Shown: positions 33,259 to 46,736, numbered from the stretch's first letter. The stretch: 64,000 nt of DNA from Hyaloraphidium curvatum SAG 235-1 (GCA_025558095.1 JAIVFI010000009.1:744001-808000), one strand, 5' to 3'. Notes: generated from the letters alone by a model not told the origin. Numbers and translations are program-made.

Positions 33259-35048
33259 CTACCAGAACCATCCCCTCTTCTTGTCCTCCGCCCACGCCTG
33301 CCCGTCCCACACCTCGCGTATGATCCCCTTGGGGGCCCACTGCCCATCCAGCACCTCGTCCGTCGGCCCGTACGTGCGCACGACGATGTTGGCCGGCACC
33401 CCCGGCGGCAGCGGGATCCAGTTCCTCGGCAGCGCAGCCGGCTCCATCCCCGGCCTCCCCCCCTCGGCAGCCGCCCACGGCTCCGCCGAAAGGATCAGGT
33501 CCGTCGCCGTCTTGCGCTCCGCCGTGTCCGTGGCGAGGGCAAAGTCCCCCGTGCGCGCCCACAGCCCCCACCTGTTGGCCATCTGCGAGAGGTCGTCGGC
33601 CTTGTACAGGTTGGCGCTCCAGAAGGAGCCATCCTTGACGGGCACCGCCCGGTCGCCCAGCGGCACCCTGAACCTGACCTCCTGCTTGCCCTCCTTGGGC
33701 ACTTCCATCAGCCGTCCCTCGCGGTCCAGGAACGCCGAGAAGTAGGTCACGTCCCCCGGAAACAGGCCCCCCACGGCCCTGCTGCTCCTCGCCGCGCGCT
33801 TGATCAGGTCGCCCCAACCCTTGTCGAGCTCGGGCGGCTGCACGGCCAGGGTGCGCGAGGAGACCCAGTACCCATTGGCGGGCACCGCGGCGATGCCCGA
33901 GGTCTTGGTGAGCACGAAGTTGAGCAGGAAGTCGGCGTCGGCCGAGGCGGACTCGAGGGCGGCGAGATCCGGCGGGGTGAGGCGGTCCGCCAGGTGCGGT
34001 ACCCTGCCGTCGGGGTAGCTGGGGAGCGGGTGGATGTGGTACTCTTTCGCGGTGGCCCAGACGGGGTCGATGTCGGGCGACGAAGGCGTGTGCGCGTAGT
34101 AGGCGGCCATGACCGAGATGGCGTTCCAGAAGTCGATGGCAGGGGGGCAGGGGTTCCTCGGGGCGACGGAGCACAGGTCGGGCAGCGAAGGGGTGAGCTT
34201 GGGTGGCAGGTCCGCGATGCCCAGCTCGCCCGCCAGGTCGTGCAGGGGCGCCATCCGCAGCGCGCGTTGGAAGTCGTTCATCTTCTCCTTGAGTGACCAC
34301 CTGCCCGCTCCCTCCTTGGCCACCGGCGGGTCGGACTCGAAGCTGCCTTCGGGCGGCTCGGGCCCGGACCCGCGCACGTGCAGGATGCGGAACAGGAGCA
34401 TCGCGACGTTGCCCGGGATCCTGATCACCGTCACCGGCATCCCGCCCAGCGTCTCCATCTCGGGCAGCTTGTACCCCGAGGCCTCGGACACGTAAACGAC
34501 CACGTGCGCCTTGTTGCCCGTGACCAGGCTCGACACGGCCGTGTTGCCCTTTGCCGGCTCGGCGCCCATGATGCCGATCGGGTGGTCGTAGACGGCGTGG
34601 CAGCCTGCGACGTAGAACATGGGGCGGTCGGCGGGCGCGTCGTCGGTCCAGGCAGGGATGACGAGGGCGACGGGGCCGGCGGACGCGTCGATGGCGGCGC
34701 AGGAGAAGAGGAAGTCGCGGCTGGCGGATGCTGGGGTCACAAATTGGCAAGATAAATCGCGAAAGGCGTTCCCACCTCGTCCCTCCGATCCAGATCACGC
34801 CCGGCAGCGATGGGTCCATCCTGTGCCTGAGCTCGTTCACCGCGGCCCGCGGCTTCTCCGGGTCGGACTCGTCGCGGAACTCGGCGCCCGGGGCAAACAG
34901 GATCTTGTAGAAGTCGGCGAGGGCGCGTAGCGCGAAATGCGCGCGGACGAGGGGGTTGCCGAAGGCTGCCACGGGAGACGCGTCGGACGCGGGGACCGCG
35001 GGTGACGGGCGGCGGGGACCCACAGCGGAGAGCTCGGAGGTAGTCCAT
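33259..35048 (-). CDS. DUF1254/DUF1214-type protein
   Basis: DFLFSCAAIDASAGPVALVIP; FWSANLY; NWIPLP....IVVRTYGP....LDGQW; start uncertain. Confidence 0.6.
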
Positions 35049-35454
35049 CGTGGTTACGAGCTCGGATTGAGCGTTCGCTCGATGGGCCGCGCGGTTCGCG
35101 TCAGGAGGCGTGGGCACCGTGCGTCAGGCCGGCACCCGATCGCTCACGCTGTCTCCTGGACGCGATCGGCGATGCACGGAAGAACGCGAACCAGGCGCCG
35201 GATGCAACCAAAAAAATCAAAATAACTCCATCCCCTTGCTTTGATTCGCTAGGATGACCAGTTTCTGGAGAGTGGGAGGTCGCCGGCGGCCTTGCGGATC
35301 AGACCACCACCTCTCCAGCCCGCGTGGGCCGCTTTGCGCCAACCCCGCGGTCGTTCTATCGTCTCCCACCGAAACAAAACACGGAGGGGCCCTAATTCCG
35401 CGCGGCGCAAGCCCATTTGTTTACCCTGGATCTCTTCACCTAACGGGATCGACG

Positions 35455-37095
35455 ATGGGCGTCGACAACGCGCCGCAGTACGCCCGCTACGCGGCGGCCA
35501 TCGCGGGGGCAATCGCCGCGGCGTACGGGGCGAAAAAGCTGCTCGGCGGGTCCAAATCCTCGGACGCTGAAGCCGCCAAGCGCGATCGCGATGCGGCCGA
35601 CATTGCGGCGTGGCGCGACCGCGTCTTCGCCGGCAACCACTGGGCGCCGCTGGCCGCCTACGCCGCGCGCTCCGGTATCAAGCTGGCGCCGCCGCCGACG
35701 CAGCCCGGTGGCGGACCGTTCATGCCCGTGGAGCCGTACTCGTGGTTTCTCACCGGCCGCGTGCTCAACTTCCTCGCGGGGACGCTGCCGGACGCGTGGT
35801 TCATGCCGCAGAGCGAGGTGCTCGACATCATCCGGAAGGAGTTTGCCGCGACGCCGGCCGTGGAGTGCCTGGGCGGCGCGAGGGCCAACGACCTGGTCCG
35901 CGACAGGCTGCTGCGCCTCTTTTCGTCCATCAAGTGGGGCGAGCTCTCGGGCGTGGGACGGGCCATCCTCAACCAGCGGGCCAAGGAGTGGTGCAGCCAG
36001 CGCCGGGCCTTTTTCGAGTGGTACGCCGAGAACTGGCGCCTGGTGGTGGACGAGCAGGGCAACGATCTGAAGCCGCTCAAGCCGATGCTCTTCATCTGCG
36101 GCGCCCCGCGCACCGGCACCACCCTGCTCCAGTCGCTGCTCTCGCTCGGGCCGGAGGTCCGGTCGCCCGCATTGTACGAAAGCACCATTCTGATCGGCAA
36201 GGACACGCCGGAGCACCCCTTCCCGCCGAAATCGCCGGCCGACGTCGCGAGCGACCCGAGGCTGCCGGCGGTGATCGAACAGATCGCCGCGCTGCCCAGG
36301 GTGCTCGGCGAGGACACGTACCAGAGGATTGCGGCATCGCACCCGACCATCAACAACCCGCTGCAGGCCGATGAGGATTCGCTCTTTGAGTGGTGGCTAT
36401 CATTTGCGTTGCCTGTTTGGACGTAGAGCTGATTTGATTTCAGGTACAACGGCGCGTGCTTCATGTACGAGTTTCTCACCGCTGGCGCCATTGACCTCTG
36501 GGAGGAAGTAGCGGCCGACGCCCCCGAGTGGCGCGAATGGACCGACTGTATGACCCTCGCCCTCAAGCGCTTCTACCAGATGCTCGCCGTCGGCTTCGAG
36601 CCCGCCTCGCACTGGGTCGGCAAATCCCCCTACCACTCGGCCATCATCCCCTCCCTGCTGCGCGCCTTCCCCGACGCGCACTTCGTCTCCCCGCAGCGCG
36701 ACCCCCGCCTCACCGTGCCCTCCCTCGCCCGCACGCAGGAGGCCGTGATCAACGGGCTGCACCTCCGCGAGGACTCTCTGCTGAACGACCGCCGCCTGCT
36801 GGGACGGTGGACGGCGCGGGAGAGCTGGGCCCTCAGGGAGGTCAACCTCGGCCCGTTCGCGGGGGAGTGGAAGGACAAGCTGATCACAATGCGGTACGAC
36901 GTCCTCATCAAGGACCCCGTGGCTGCGGTGGCGGAGGTGCACCGCGCGGCAGGGCTGGCGCCGCCGTCGGCCGAGCACGCGAAGGAGATCGCGAGGTTCC
37001 TGGAGGAGCAGCCGCAGGGGAAGCACGGCCGGAACAAGTACAGCCTGGAGGCGTACGCTCTGACGGAGAAGGACCTGGAGCCGGTGCGGGCGTAG
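35455..37095 (+). CDS. Sulfotransferase family protein (P-loop, PAPS-binding)
   Basis: FICGAPRTGTTLLQSLL, WVGKSPYH, FPDAHFV...RDP...VPS, YDVLIKDP; one intron. Confidence 0.85.
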
Positions 37096-37230
37096 CGGTT
37101 CGTAATGTATTCTTGTCCAGTGAGAGAGTGAGGCCAAAGTGACGGGCCGTCCCAACTCCGTGACCTCGCCACACTCGTCGAATCCGCTTCGGCCCTCTGT
37201 CTCCAATCCCTCTCGCCGCCCGTCGCCTCC

Positions 37231-39317
37231 ATGTCCCACGACTGCGCGTCCCACGGGGACCTTCCCATGCCCCTCCCGACGTGCTGCTGCGAGCAGTTCC
37301 TCGCCCCCGTGGAGTTCCCGCCCGGATGGCCCGGAGACGCCATCCTCCGGCTCCGCGGCGGCACGGACGCGCCGAAGCCCGCAAAGTCCCGCGAGGCGGC
37401 AAAGACCATCGTGTACGGGCTGCAGAGGATCGCGACGGTGTCGGACAAGTCGCCCGAGGGCGCGACGGCGATGGCCATCTCGGAGGCCGGAACCATCCTC
37501 GCGCTGGGGAGCGACGAGGAGGTGCTGGCCAAGTACGGGGCAGCGCAAGGCGTGGAGAAAATCGAGATGAAGGGACGGTCCATCGTTCCGGGGCTCGTGG
37601 ACGTGCACACACACCCGTTCGGGATCGCGGGGGGTTCGACGGACGTCAGGTGGGGGACACTTCCGTTTGTCCCACTGGGAGCCCCGTTTACCGTCCTTCG
37701 GACAGCATGTTCGTCTGCGAGACCAAAGCGGACGTGCTGGCTAAGATCAAGAAGACGCTGGATGAGACGGCTGGAACCTCGGTGCTCTCCTTTGGTGGAT
37801 TCAACAACTCGGCCCAGTCCGCGGACAGATCCTTCATCACCCGCGACGATCTCGATGCCATCTCCGCGACAAGGCCGATCATGATCACCCACAACACGGG
37901 ACAGTGGGTTCCTCATCCGTTTTCATCCGCCCTCCGCTAACGCGCCCCAGCTTCGTCATGGTCAACTCCGCCGCGCTCAAACTGGAGGGCGTCACCGAGA
38001 CCACGGCCGACTACCCCGGCGGCGGCAAGTTCCAGCGCTACCCAGACGGCAGGATGAACGGCGTGGGCGAGGAATCCCTGGTCGCCGCGTTCGCGCTGCA
38101 CGTCCCCAAGCCCACCCCGGAGGAGCTCGCCAGCCGGCTCGCCGAGACCCTGGCCAACTTCGCGCGCAAGGGCATCACCACCGTGGGGGAAGCCTGGGCG
38201 ATGGGGACGAAGCAGTCGACGCAGGCGCTCGCGGTCTTCGAGATGGTCGAGGCGTCGGGGGACATGCCCGTCCGCGTGGGGTTCCACGCTCACACGCAGC
38301 AGGAGCCGCGGCCGCCGGCGCTGGCCGAGGAGCTGAAGAGCAAGGGGTGGAAGCAGGCCCGACCGGGGGCGCCGATGTTCTCGCCCATGTCGGAGGAGAA
38401 CGGGAGCCTGCTTGCGGTCGCGGGGATCAAGATGCTCTCGGATGCGTCGGGGCAGGGGAAGACCGCCTTCGTCAGCGAGCCGTACCAAGGGCCTCCGGAC
38501 AACAACTGCGGCGGTTTGAACTTCCCGGAGCAGGAGATCTGGGACCGTCTGAAGGAGATGAAGGATGGAGGCTGGAGCCCCATGGTCCACGCGAGTGGGT
38601 GCCGATGTCGGACGTGACTTTTGAGGGATCTCACTTCGCCATTGTCGAATATCACACCCACAGTCGGCGACCGCGCGCAGGACGTCGTCATGGACGGTTT
38701 CGAGAAGCACTGGGGCAAGGCGGCCGACTACCGGAAGGAGGACGCCAACTGGCGCCTGCGCCTCGAGCACGTGACGGTGTCCCGCGCCGACGAGTACCCC
38801 AGGATGAAGGCGCTCGGGTGAGGGTGCTTGTGGTCTGTATGTCGACTGTCTCTCACAGCTCGCCACCTGCAGCGTCTACCCGAGCTTCATGTCCTCCTTC
38901 TTCTACTGGATGGGCCCGTACTGCCACGCCGAGGTTTTCGGGCCGCACTTGAAGGACCGCATGGTCGTCTTCCGCGACGCGGAGGAAGCCGGGCTGACCT
39001 GGAACGTTCACTCGGACACCCCTGTCGTCCCGATTCAGCCGATCCGGGACTTCCAGGTCATGGTGGACCGCAAGACGCGCACTGGGAAGGTCATCACCCC
39101 CGAACAAGCGGTCACGAGGGAGCAGGCACTGAGGGCGCTGACGATCAACGGGGCGGTGGCGCTCGGGGTGGACGGTATCACGGGGAGCCTGGAGGTGGGG
39201 AAGATGGCGGACTTTGTGGTGCTTGGCGCGGATCCCTTCGAGGTGCCGACGGAGGAACTGGGAAACATGCCGGTGCTGGAGACTTGGCTCGTGGGGAAGA
39301 GGCGCGTGTGGTCGTGA
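37231..39317 (+). CDS. Amidohydrolase 3 (YtcJ-like) metal-dependent hydrolase
   Basis: PGLVDVHTH, GITTV, K..SD, HA|VGDRA, RLEH, HSD.PV, GSLEVGKMADFVVL. Confidence 0.85.
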
Positions 39318-39562
39318 GTGAGGCGCTTGTCGTAGGTCCTGGAAGAGAAGACCAGAATCCCAGAGATGATGCCGACTTGGTGCCGACTTGGTGCCGCTCC
39401 TCACCAGCTGACTTCTTGGTCAGCGAAGGTCCACGACGCGCGATCGGTCCCGGTTGCGATCCTGCGAGGAGGTCGAGTTGGGGCCCGGAGGGCTGGTCTC
39501 GATCGTCGCGCCGCCCGCGCCAAGCGAGGTTCCGCCCGCGCCCCCATCCCCGCGCGGCCACG

Positions 39563-41205
39563 ATGTCCCGCGCCGTCGAGACGAAGCAGAACGCCGTGCG
39601 AAAGGCCGGGTGGGCGGGTTCGTGGCGCGAGGGCGCGTGCGCGGCTGACCGCCCCGCAGATGCTTCGCCGCGACAACGCTCTGCGTGAAGTCGTGCTTCG
39701 TGTCGATCGGCCGCTTCTTCGGCAGCTCGTGGTTCGCCGTCAACCCGACGGGCAGGATCTTCACGCAGCTGCTGTTCACCGCCGCCGTGATCCTCGCGTG
39801 CTGCGGCGCCATCCCGGCGCTCCAAGACCTTTATTGGGGGTGGATCTTGATGCTGTTCGCCTGCGTCGCCGCCGCGTGCGGGCTGTTCTACGGGTGGAAC
39901 GAGAAGCTCTGCGGCCCGAGGATGGCGGACGCGAAGAACAGGAAGCCCGGGAAGGCCGGCAACCACTTCTGGTTCGTCCGCCACCCGTGAATGCCTGGCG
40001 ACCCTCATTCTGGGTTCTCCGGCAGCATGAATCTCTCTAGTCCGCTCTACTACCTGTCTCTCATTACCTGGACGGGCTTCATCGGCATGGCAGCCTACGT
40101 CCTGTACCTCTACATCTTCCCTATCACCCGCGGCTTCAGCTCCCCCGGCGGGATGACCGCCGTCCCCCCGACCTACTGCGACCGCGTTACGGGCCAGAGC
40201 GGTCGCTGGACCGCGCCGACCTCGGACCTGACCTACTGCCAGGGCCTCCAGGGCGCGTGGGAGCGCGGGGCGGCGGTCACGGGGATCGCCGTCGGCATCG
40301 TGCTGGTCTGCTCGATGCTGGGGAGCTGCCTGCACGCAGGGAGCGCGATGACCCGGAAGATATTGCTGGCAAGGAAGATCGAAAAGGACCAGGAGTACAG
40401 CAAGGCCATGATGATGGACATGAAGCAGCAGGTAGGCGCGCCTTTGCCGCGAGCCAGTTTCTCTTCCGTGCTGATCCCGAATCCCGACGGACAGGTCCAA
40501 GCCCAATCCGACATGATCACGCAGCAGCAACAGCAGATCCAGGAGCTCCGGCAGGGCGCACCCGTTCAGGCGACACCTTCCGGCACCGGGAGCACCGTCG
40601 GGCTGGCTGCCGCTGCAGACGCCGGTGCCGTCGCCGTCGCAGCCGCTGCGCAAGCAACCTTGGCCCCTGCCGTCGTTGGCCCGCCTCCACCGGTGTCGGC
40701 CGCCCCTGTGTGGCCTGCCACGGAAGTTGCGCCCGCCACTACCGTCGCCGCTGCCTCCTCTCCCCTTCCAGACCCCTCCCCCGCCCTCGCACCTTCGGCT
40801 GCCCCCGCCCCCGCTCTTTCTCCTGCGCCCGCTCCTGCCCCGGCCCCAGCTGCGCTCGCCGCTCCTGCTCCAGCGGCAATCCAATCCCCCCCCGCGCCGC
40901 CGATCGCCTCGGCTGCCCCGGCCCCGCCCGCGGCACTCCAATCCATCCCCGCGCCCACGATCGTCGAGAGTGCGTCGGCAGCCGCCCTCTCCGCCCCGGC
41001 TGCGATCGAGGTCGAAGCACCGGCGGCCATCGACATGCCCAAGATCATGGTGACCGCGCCCAGCGGCCCGCAGGAGCCCGCGTCGGCCCAGGCCGCCGCC
41101 ATCGCGGACGACGTGGCGGTTCCCACGGCGCCGCAGGGGCTGGTGCACGAGGAGGTGGTGGCGACGGCGCCTCCGATGGCGAGACCGAGCGAGGACCAGA
41201 TATGA
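39563..41205 (+). CDS. Multi-pass membrane protein with Pro/Ala-rich tail
   Basis: Hydrophobic segments in ORFs 39685..39990 and 39991..41205, Gln-rich coil, PA-rich C-terminus; start uncertain. Confidence 0.5.
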
Positions 41206-41530
41206 TTGGTGTGGGCGATCGGGGTGTATATTGGCCCGGGGAAGTGTAAGGTGATGTGATTGAGCACGCGGACCTCGAAACGAGACAGAAGAAGTGATCC
41301 ATCATGAAGGTATCAAGAGATCGGAGTACCTGTAGCGGAGGATCTGTAGCGGAGGATCTCGTTTGATCCATCAGAGAAGTGGCCGGCGAAAGGGTCCAAC
41401 GGAATTGGGCGGAGTAACACGGCTCGTCAAGGATCCGCCCGTTCGACGCGGAACCTCACATCGCATCGGGCTCAATCTCGCCGATAGCCGCCTCCAATTT
41501 GCTCCTCCGCGCCCGCCACCAACTGCAGCA

Positions 41531-41962
41531 ATGTCGTCGTCGTTCCTCACCTCCTCGGACGGCCTGAAGGCCATCGGCCTCGGCGCCGCGCTGTGGGTCG
41601 CCGGCGTCGGCATCGTCCGCGCCGTGCCGCAGCTCTTCTCGCCCCAGGGCGCCTACGGCCTCTCCGCGTCGACCATCAAGACCATCCTCGTGGCTACGGC
41701 GCCGCCGATGGGTTTCCCGCAGGTCATGGCGTTCGACCTGCTCGGCGTGCCGGCGTCCAAGCGCGTCTACGCGGCCGCGGCCGGATGTGCCACCGCACTT
41801 TTCATGGACGGCGTGTCGATGGCGATGGAGGGCGGCGGGGCGTACAACGTCGGGGTCGAGGAGGCCAAGACCATCTCGAGCTGGCTGCTGGTCACCTTCG
41901 GTAGCGTGCTCTTTGCCGCACTCGTCTTGGACGGCGCGTCGGGAGGACACCAAGAGCTCTGA
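41531..41962 (+). CDS. Small 4-TM protein, copy 1 (DUF5367-like)
   Basis: MSSSFLTSSDGLKAIGLGAALW...ATALFMDG...WLLVTFG; intronless; paralog adjacent. Confidence 0.7.
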   Translation: MSSSFLTSSDGLKAIGLGAALWVAGVGIVRAVPQLFSPQGAYGLSASTIKTILVATAPPMGFPQVMAFDLLGVPASKRVYAAAAGCATALFMDGVSMAMEGGGAYNVGVEEAKTISSWLLVTFGSVLFAALVLDGASGGHQEL

Positions 41963-42338
41963 ACTTGATCCAGGACCGGGACTTTGGTTGGCGCAGGATA
42001 CGGGGGCTTGGACGCTGATGATTTTCGGGCTTTATGGGGTTCTAGAGCACATGTACATCGTAGCGGAAGAGGAACAAGGACGCTGCCACTTGCGAAGTCA
42101 GGCGAGATCTGATCTGATTGAGCGCGATGGACCTCGAACGGCGAGAGAATCAGTCTGTTGAGCCCATAGGGAATCTCTAGCGGAGGATCTGTAGCGGTCG
42201 ATCCGATGAAACCAAAGAAGGGACCGGCCAAAGGGTCGAACGGGCGGAGTAACGCAGCATCGTTCGACGCGGAACTTCTCTATCGCATCGCATTCAATCT
42301 CTCCAGTTTGCTCCACCTCCTCCCCACCTGCCGCGGCA

Positions 42339-42767
42339 ATGTCGTCGTTCCTCACTTCCTCCGACGGCCTCAAATCCATCGGCCTCGGCGCCGGGCTCTG
42401 GGTCATCGGCGTCGGCATCGTCCGCGCCGTGCCCGGCCTCTTCTCGCCCCAAGGCGCGTTCGGCCTTTCCGCCTCAACCATCAAGGCCCTCCTCGTGGTC
42501 ACGGCACCCCCGCTGGGTTTCCCGCAGGCGATGTGCATCGACCTGCTCGGCCTACCTGCTTCGAAGCGCGTCTACGCGGCTGCGACGGCGTGCGCGACTG
42601 CGCTTCTCATGGATGGCGTGTCCATGGCCATGGACCGCGGCGGCGCTTACGATGTCGGGCCTGAAGAAGCCAAGGCGGTATCGAGCTTGCTGCTCGTCAC
42701 CTTCGGCAGCGCGCTTTTCGCCGCGCTCGCGATGGATGGGGCGTCGGAAGGGCACCGGAAGCTCTGA
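42339..42767 (+). CDS. Small 4-TM protein, copy 2 (tandem paralog)
   Basis: MSSFLTSSDGLKSIGLGAGLW...ATALLMDG...LLLVTFG. Confidence 0.7.
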   Translation: MSSFLTSSDGLKSIGLGAGLWVIGVGIVRAVPGLFSPQGAFGLSASTIKALLVVTAPPLGFPQAMCIDLLGLPASKRVYAAATACATALLMDGVSMAMDRGGAYDVGPEEAKAVSSLLLVTFGSALFAALAMDGASEGHRKL

Positions 42768-42885
42768 ACTTGATTTTTCTGGGATATGGCACTTGGACAA
42801 TACGACTTCCGGAGTTGACGAGTTCTTAAGCACATGTACAACACAACCTTGCTTCTAGACGTCTCGCGAGGGCAATGCTGACACT

Positions 42886-45445
42886 TCAAAGGCGCGCGCC
42901 CGAGGCCTGCGCCGCCTTGGCGTTGCGCGCGTCCACCTCCTCCTTCTTCCTCTTCGCGGCCTCCAGCCTCTCCTCGTCGCTGGTCCAGTACTCGACGTCG
43001 TACTGCTCCAGATCGATCTTCTTGATGTGGTCCAGGTAGTGGTTGGACCTGCCATTAACGGGTATGGTCAGCCGGAGACTGTCATGGCGCCGATTGGTCT
43101 ACTCACGGGCCCGGCCACTGCACGATCCGCCCATTCCGGTCCGTGTACCACCCGCCGCACGAATGCTTCCAGACCGTCGTCTCCTTGAGGAAGGTCTGCG
43201 AATCCTCGAGAAACTTGAAGATCGGCTCCTTGTGCGGGTCGAAGGCCCTATGAGGAGTTAGGTTCGAAGTGCGACGTAGCACCCCGCGAAGACCCACTTG
43301 ACGGGCTTGGGCGACTGCTGCATGTACTTGATTGCGGAAAAGATGTAGTTCATCTGCTGCTCTTCCTGCGGACCGGGCAGATTAGCGACGCGAGGCGCCG
43401 AGCCAGACCAGACGTGCCTGGATGAAGATGGAGTTGGCGGCGACTGGTGCCAGGGGGCCCATGCAGTAGAAGAGCTTGGGATCTGCAAACAAATGAGAAC
43501 GGGCTCGAAGAGTCGTTCCTGCAAAGACCCACATCCGGTTACGGTCATGCTGTTGTGCGCCCACGCAAAGTCCGCCCAGTCGTCCTTCAGAGACCGCCCG
43601 CCGCGCCCGTAGATCGGCATGTCCTCGTTGTAGTAGGTCGTGTTGAACCCCGTCGCGCAGATCAGGGCCTCGCACTTGTGCAGCTTGCCGTCCTTGGTCA
43701 CCACGCCCTCGGGCACGACGTGCGAGATGACGTCCCCGCTGACGAGGTCCACGTGCGAGAGCTGCACCACGTCCAGGAAGTTGAGGCTGGGCGTCATCCG
43801 GCGGCAGCCCCAGGGGTACGAGGGGGTGAGCTTCTTGCGCAGCTCCTCGTCCTTGACGCTCTTGACGAGCTTGTCCATGGCCATCCCCAGGACCCGGGTC
43901 TGCATCCGCGTGCCCTCGGTGTAGGCGGCCCAGAAGCGCTCGTTCGTTTCCCACGACCGCTTGTAGTAGTTCCTGCGCCGTGTCAACAGGCCGCAGTCGA
44001 AAGGGCACGAATCCAAACTTGCCAGAAAAAGTCCTTGTCCTTGAAGTTCTTCCGCTCCTCGGGCGTAAACACGATGTTGGCAAAGTGCGGCGTGATCCAG
44101 CTCGGAGTGCGCTGGAAGATGGTCATGTGCTTGACGGTCGCCCCGATGGCACCTGCACGAGGACTCCGTCAGTGTCACCAATCGCAACCAGGGCAGTCCG
44201 GCGAGAGCCACCAATGATTTGCATTCCGCTAGAACCCGTCCCGATAATCGCAACATCCTTGCCTACTGTTGAGTACGTCGTATCCCAGCGCGCGGCGTGG
44301 AGCATCTTGCCCTGGTAGCTCCGAAGGCCCGGAATCTCGGGCCACTTGGGCCGGTTCAGGAAGCCCTGCCCGTTGATGACCACATCCGCCAGCTCGACGT
44401 ACTCGCGGCCCGTGGTGAGGTCGCGGACGTGCACCTCCCACTTGGCGGACGCGTCGTCGTAGGCCAGCTTGAAGACGGGCGAGTTGTAGCGGACGAACTG
44501 GTCGACGCCGTACTCCCTGTCGGCAACAAGGTCAGTAAGTGGAGCAGGGCAAGTACCGTAGAACGAACCAGTAGACGCGCCGGAAGTACTCGAAAATCTC
44601 ATGAGAGGAGGGATAGCCGGAGACCCAGTCGTTGGGAGCGAAGCGCCAGACGTCTCAAAGGTGCGACGCAACGTGAGCCTTCAGGACCAGTGAGATCTTC
44701 CACAGTCCCGGACTTACAGGCATGTGAAGGAACGTCACACTTGCAGCCTGGATACCGCTGTTCACCACGACGTTTGTCGCCCACAACGGTCCATAGCCGG
44801 AAGGCAGCAACGTACGCAATCAGGAACCACATCTGCAATCGTTGAACAGGCATCTCACGTTTTCCCACCATGTACCTCCAAGTTCTGGATTCTTCTCAAA
44901 GATCCGCAGGTTGACCTTCTTCAGACGCCACTGCGACATGATACCCGCTGTCCGGAGACATAGCACAGTGCCAGAGAGCAAGACACCCGGAAAACCATGG
45001 CAACACAGCATATTGTGACAGTGAAAGGCACCCGGAAAAGCCAACGAGTCGTCGTCAGAGAGGGCAATGAGCCGTCAGCAGCGTGCCGACGCACCCGTGA
45101 TCCCGGCCATGCCTGCGCCGATGCAGACGACGTCCAGCTCCCTCAGCATATCTTCCGGCAGCTTGTACTCCTCCACCGGCGTGATATGGAACACCGCCGC
45201 GTCCTCTGCCGACATGCCGAACGGGTCCGTGTCGCCCTTGGCCGGCGACCGCACCTTGCTCTCGTCGAACCATTCCGGCGGCACGTGCCGGGCCGGCGCG
45301 GGGACTGGGTGCGGGTTGATAATGGAGACGATGGAGGGGTCGCTCGTATCGTAGGCCTGGAGGGGAACCGGGTTGGCGACGGCCGTCGTCTCCCATTCGG
45401 CGGTTCTACCTGGAGCGCCGGCATCGCGTCCAGGTCGAACGCCAT
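42886..45445 (-). CDS. Second Baeyer-Villiger-type flavin monooxygenase, multi-exon
   Basis: GAGMAG, EKNPELGGTW, RYPGCKCDVPSH, Y.G.MLHAARWD, GTGSSG, GCRR.TP, CATGF, CGGWY..WPG; ends -ARL. Confidence 0.85.
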
Positions 45446-45658
45446 AGCGGCGGCAGGCAACTGGAGACGATGCGCTCGAAAGGCACGTAGACAGACGGCG
45501 GAGGAACGGGAGCTCTGTCCGCCGAACCCAACAGAACAGAGACCGCGGAACGGCGATCGCGCGCAAGGACCCGCACACTTTGGTGGCAAGGCCAATCCTT
45601 CCACCGACCGGTCGTCGATCGAGAAACATCATTGTGATTGAGAGTGTCGGAAAAAGCC

Positions 45659-46736
45659 TTACAGCTTTCCTGCCTTGCCGTACTTCTCCCTCACGTAGTC
45701 CTCCACGGTCGCCAGCTTCGTCTCCCCGTAAACAAGCTCGTTCACGAGCTTCTCCTTCGGGATCCGGTCCTTCCCCGTCGCCAGCGTAATGCTGAGCTCC
45801 AGCTCGATCGTCTCGTACGCGGACTTGGCCTTGGCGCGCGCGGCGTCGTACTTGGCCTGCAGCTCCGCGACAGGGGTGTACTTGCGCTCGAGCTTCACGC
45901 CTGCGAGACGGAATCAGAGCTGATCGCGGCAAAACCGAGGACGGGAACCCACCCGCATACCTTTCGATGATGTCCACGATCTGGTTGTGGTTTTTCTCGT
46001 CGCCCGCGATGCAACACTCCCAGGTGCCGTCCTTAAGGCGAGACCACCACTTGCCCGTGTCCGCGACCAGGTTGGCGACCCCCTCTGCGATGTCCTTTTG
46101 GTGTGTCCAGGTTATTGCGGCGTTGCCGTCGCCGTTGATGGCCGCGGTCCGCTTTTCGATGTCGATGGTAAGGAAGGGGGGGTAGTCGAGGTACTGGAGG
46201 CGGCAAGACGCGTCAGACCTGTGCTCATCATGGCCGTCAGAGCCAATGGAGCCCACCTCGACGAACCAGCCGTTGCAGAACTGGACGACCGGGATCCCGG
46301 CCTCCTTGTACGCCTCCCGCACCTTCCGGCCCGCGTTGTTATAATAGTCTTGGTTAATATCCTCGCCCTCGTTCTCTCCGACGCCCCATTCAGATTGGAA
46401 GAAGAGCTTCACGCCGGCCTTGACCAGCGCCGGCGCCCAGTCGATCTGGGACGGGATCGCGTCCCCCGCGACGGCCGACACCACGCAGTCCACGCCCTTC
46501 ATGGCCTCGGCGAACGCGTCCGACGCGTAGTCGGCCACGTGAATGAGCTTGGCCCCGGCATCGATGAGCTTCTTCGCCTCGGGCTTGAGCTCCGATGCGG
46601 GGGTCCGCGAGACAACGGAAACCGCGTCCAACTGGCTCGGCACACGCGCCAGCAGGCCCGTGACGAGGTAGTGGCCGAGGCCGCCGGTGCCGCCGAGCAC
46701 GGCGACGTGCTTTATCGCGGGAGCGGGGGGAGACAT
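45659..46736 (-). CDS. NmrA/isoflavone-reductase-like NAD(P)-binding protein
   Basis: VAVLGGTGGLG, GVDCVVSAV, AGVKLFFQSEWG, NGWF, GDGN. Confidence 0.85.
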
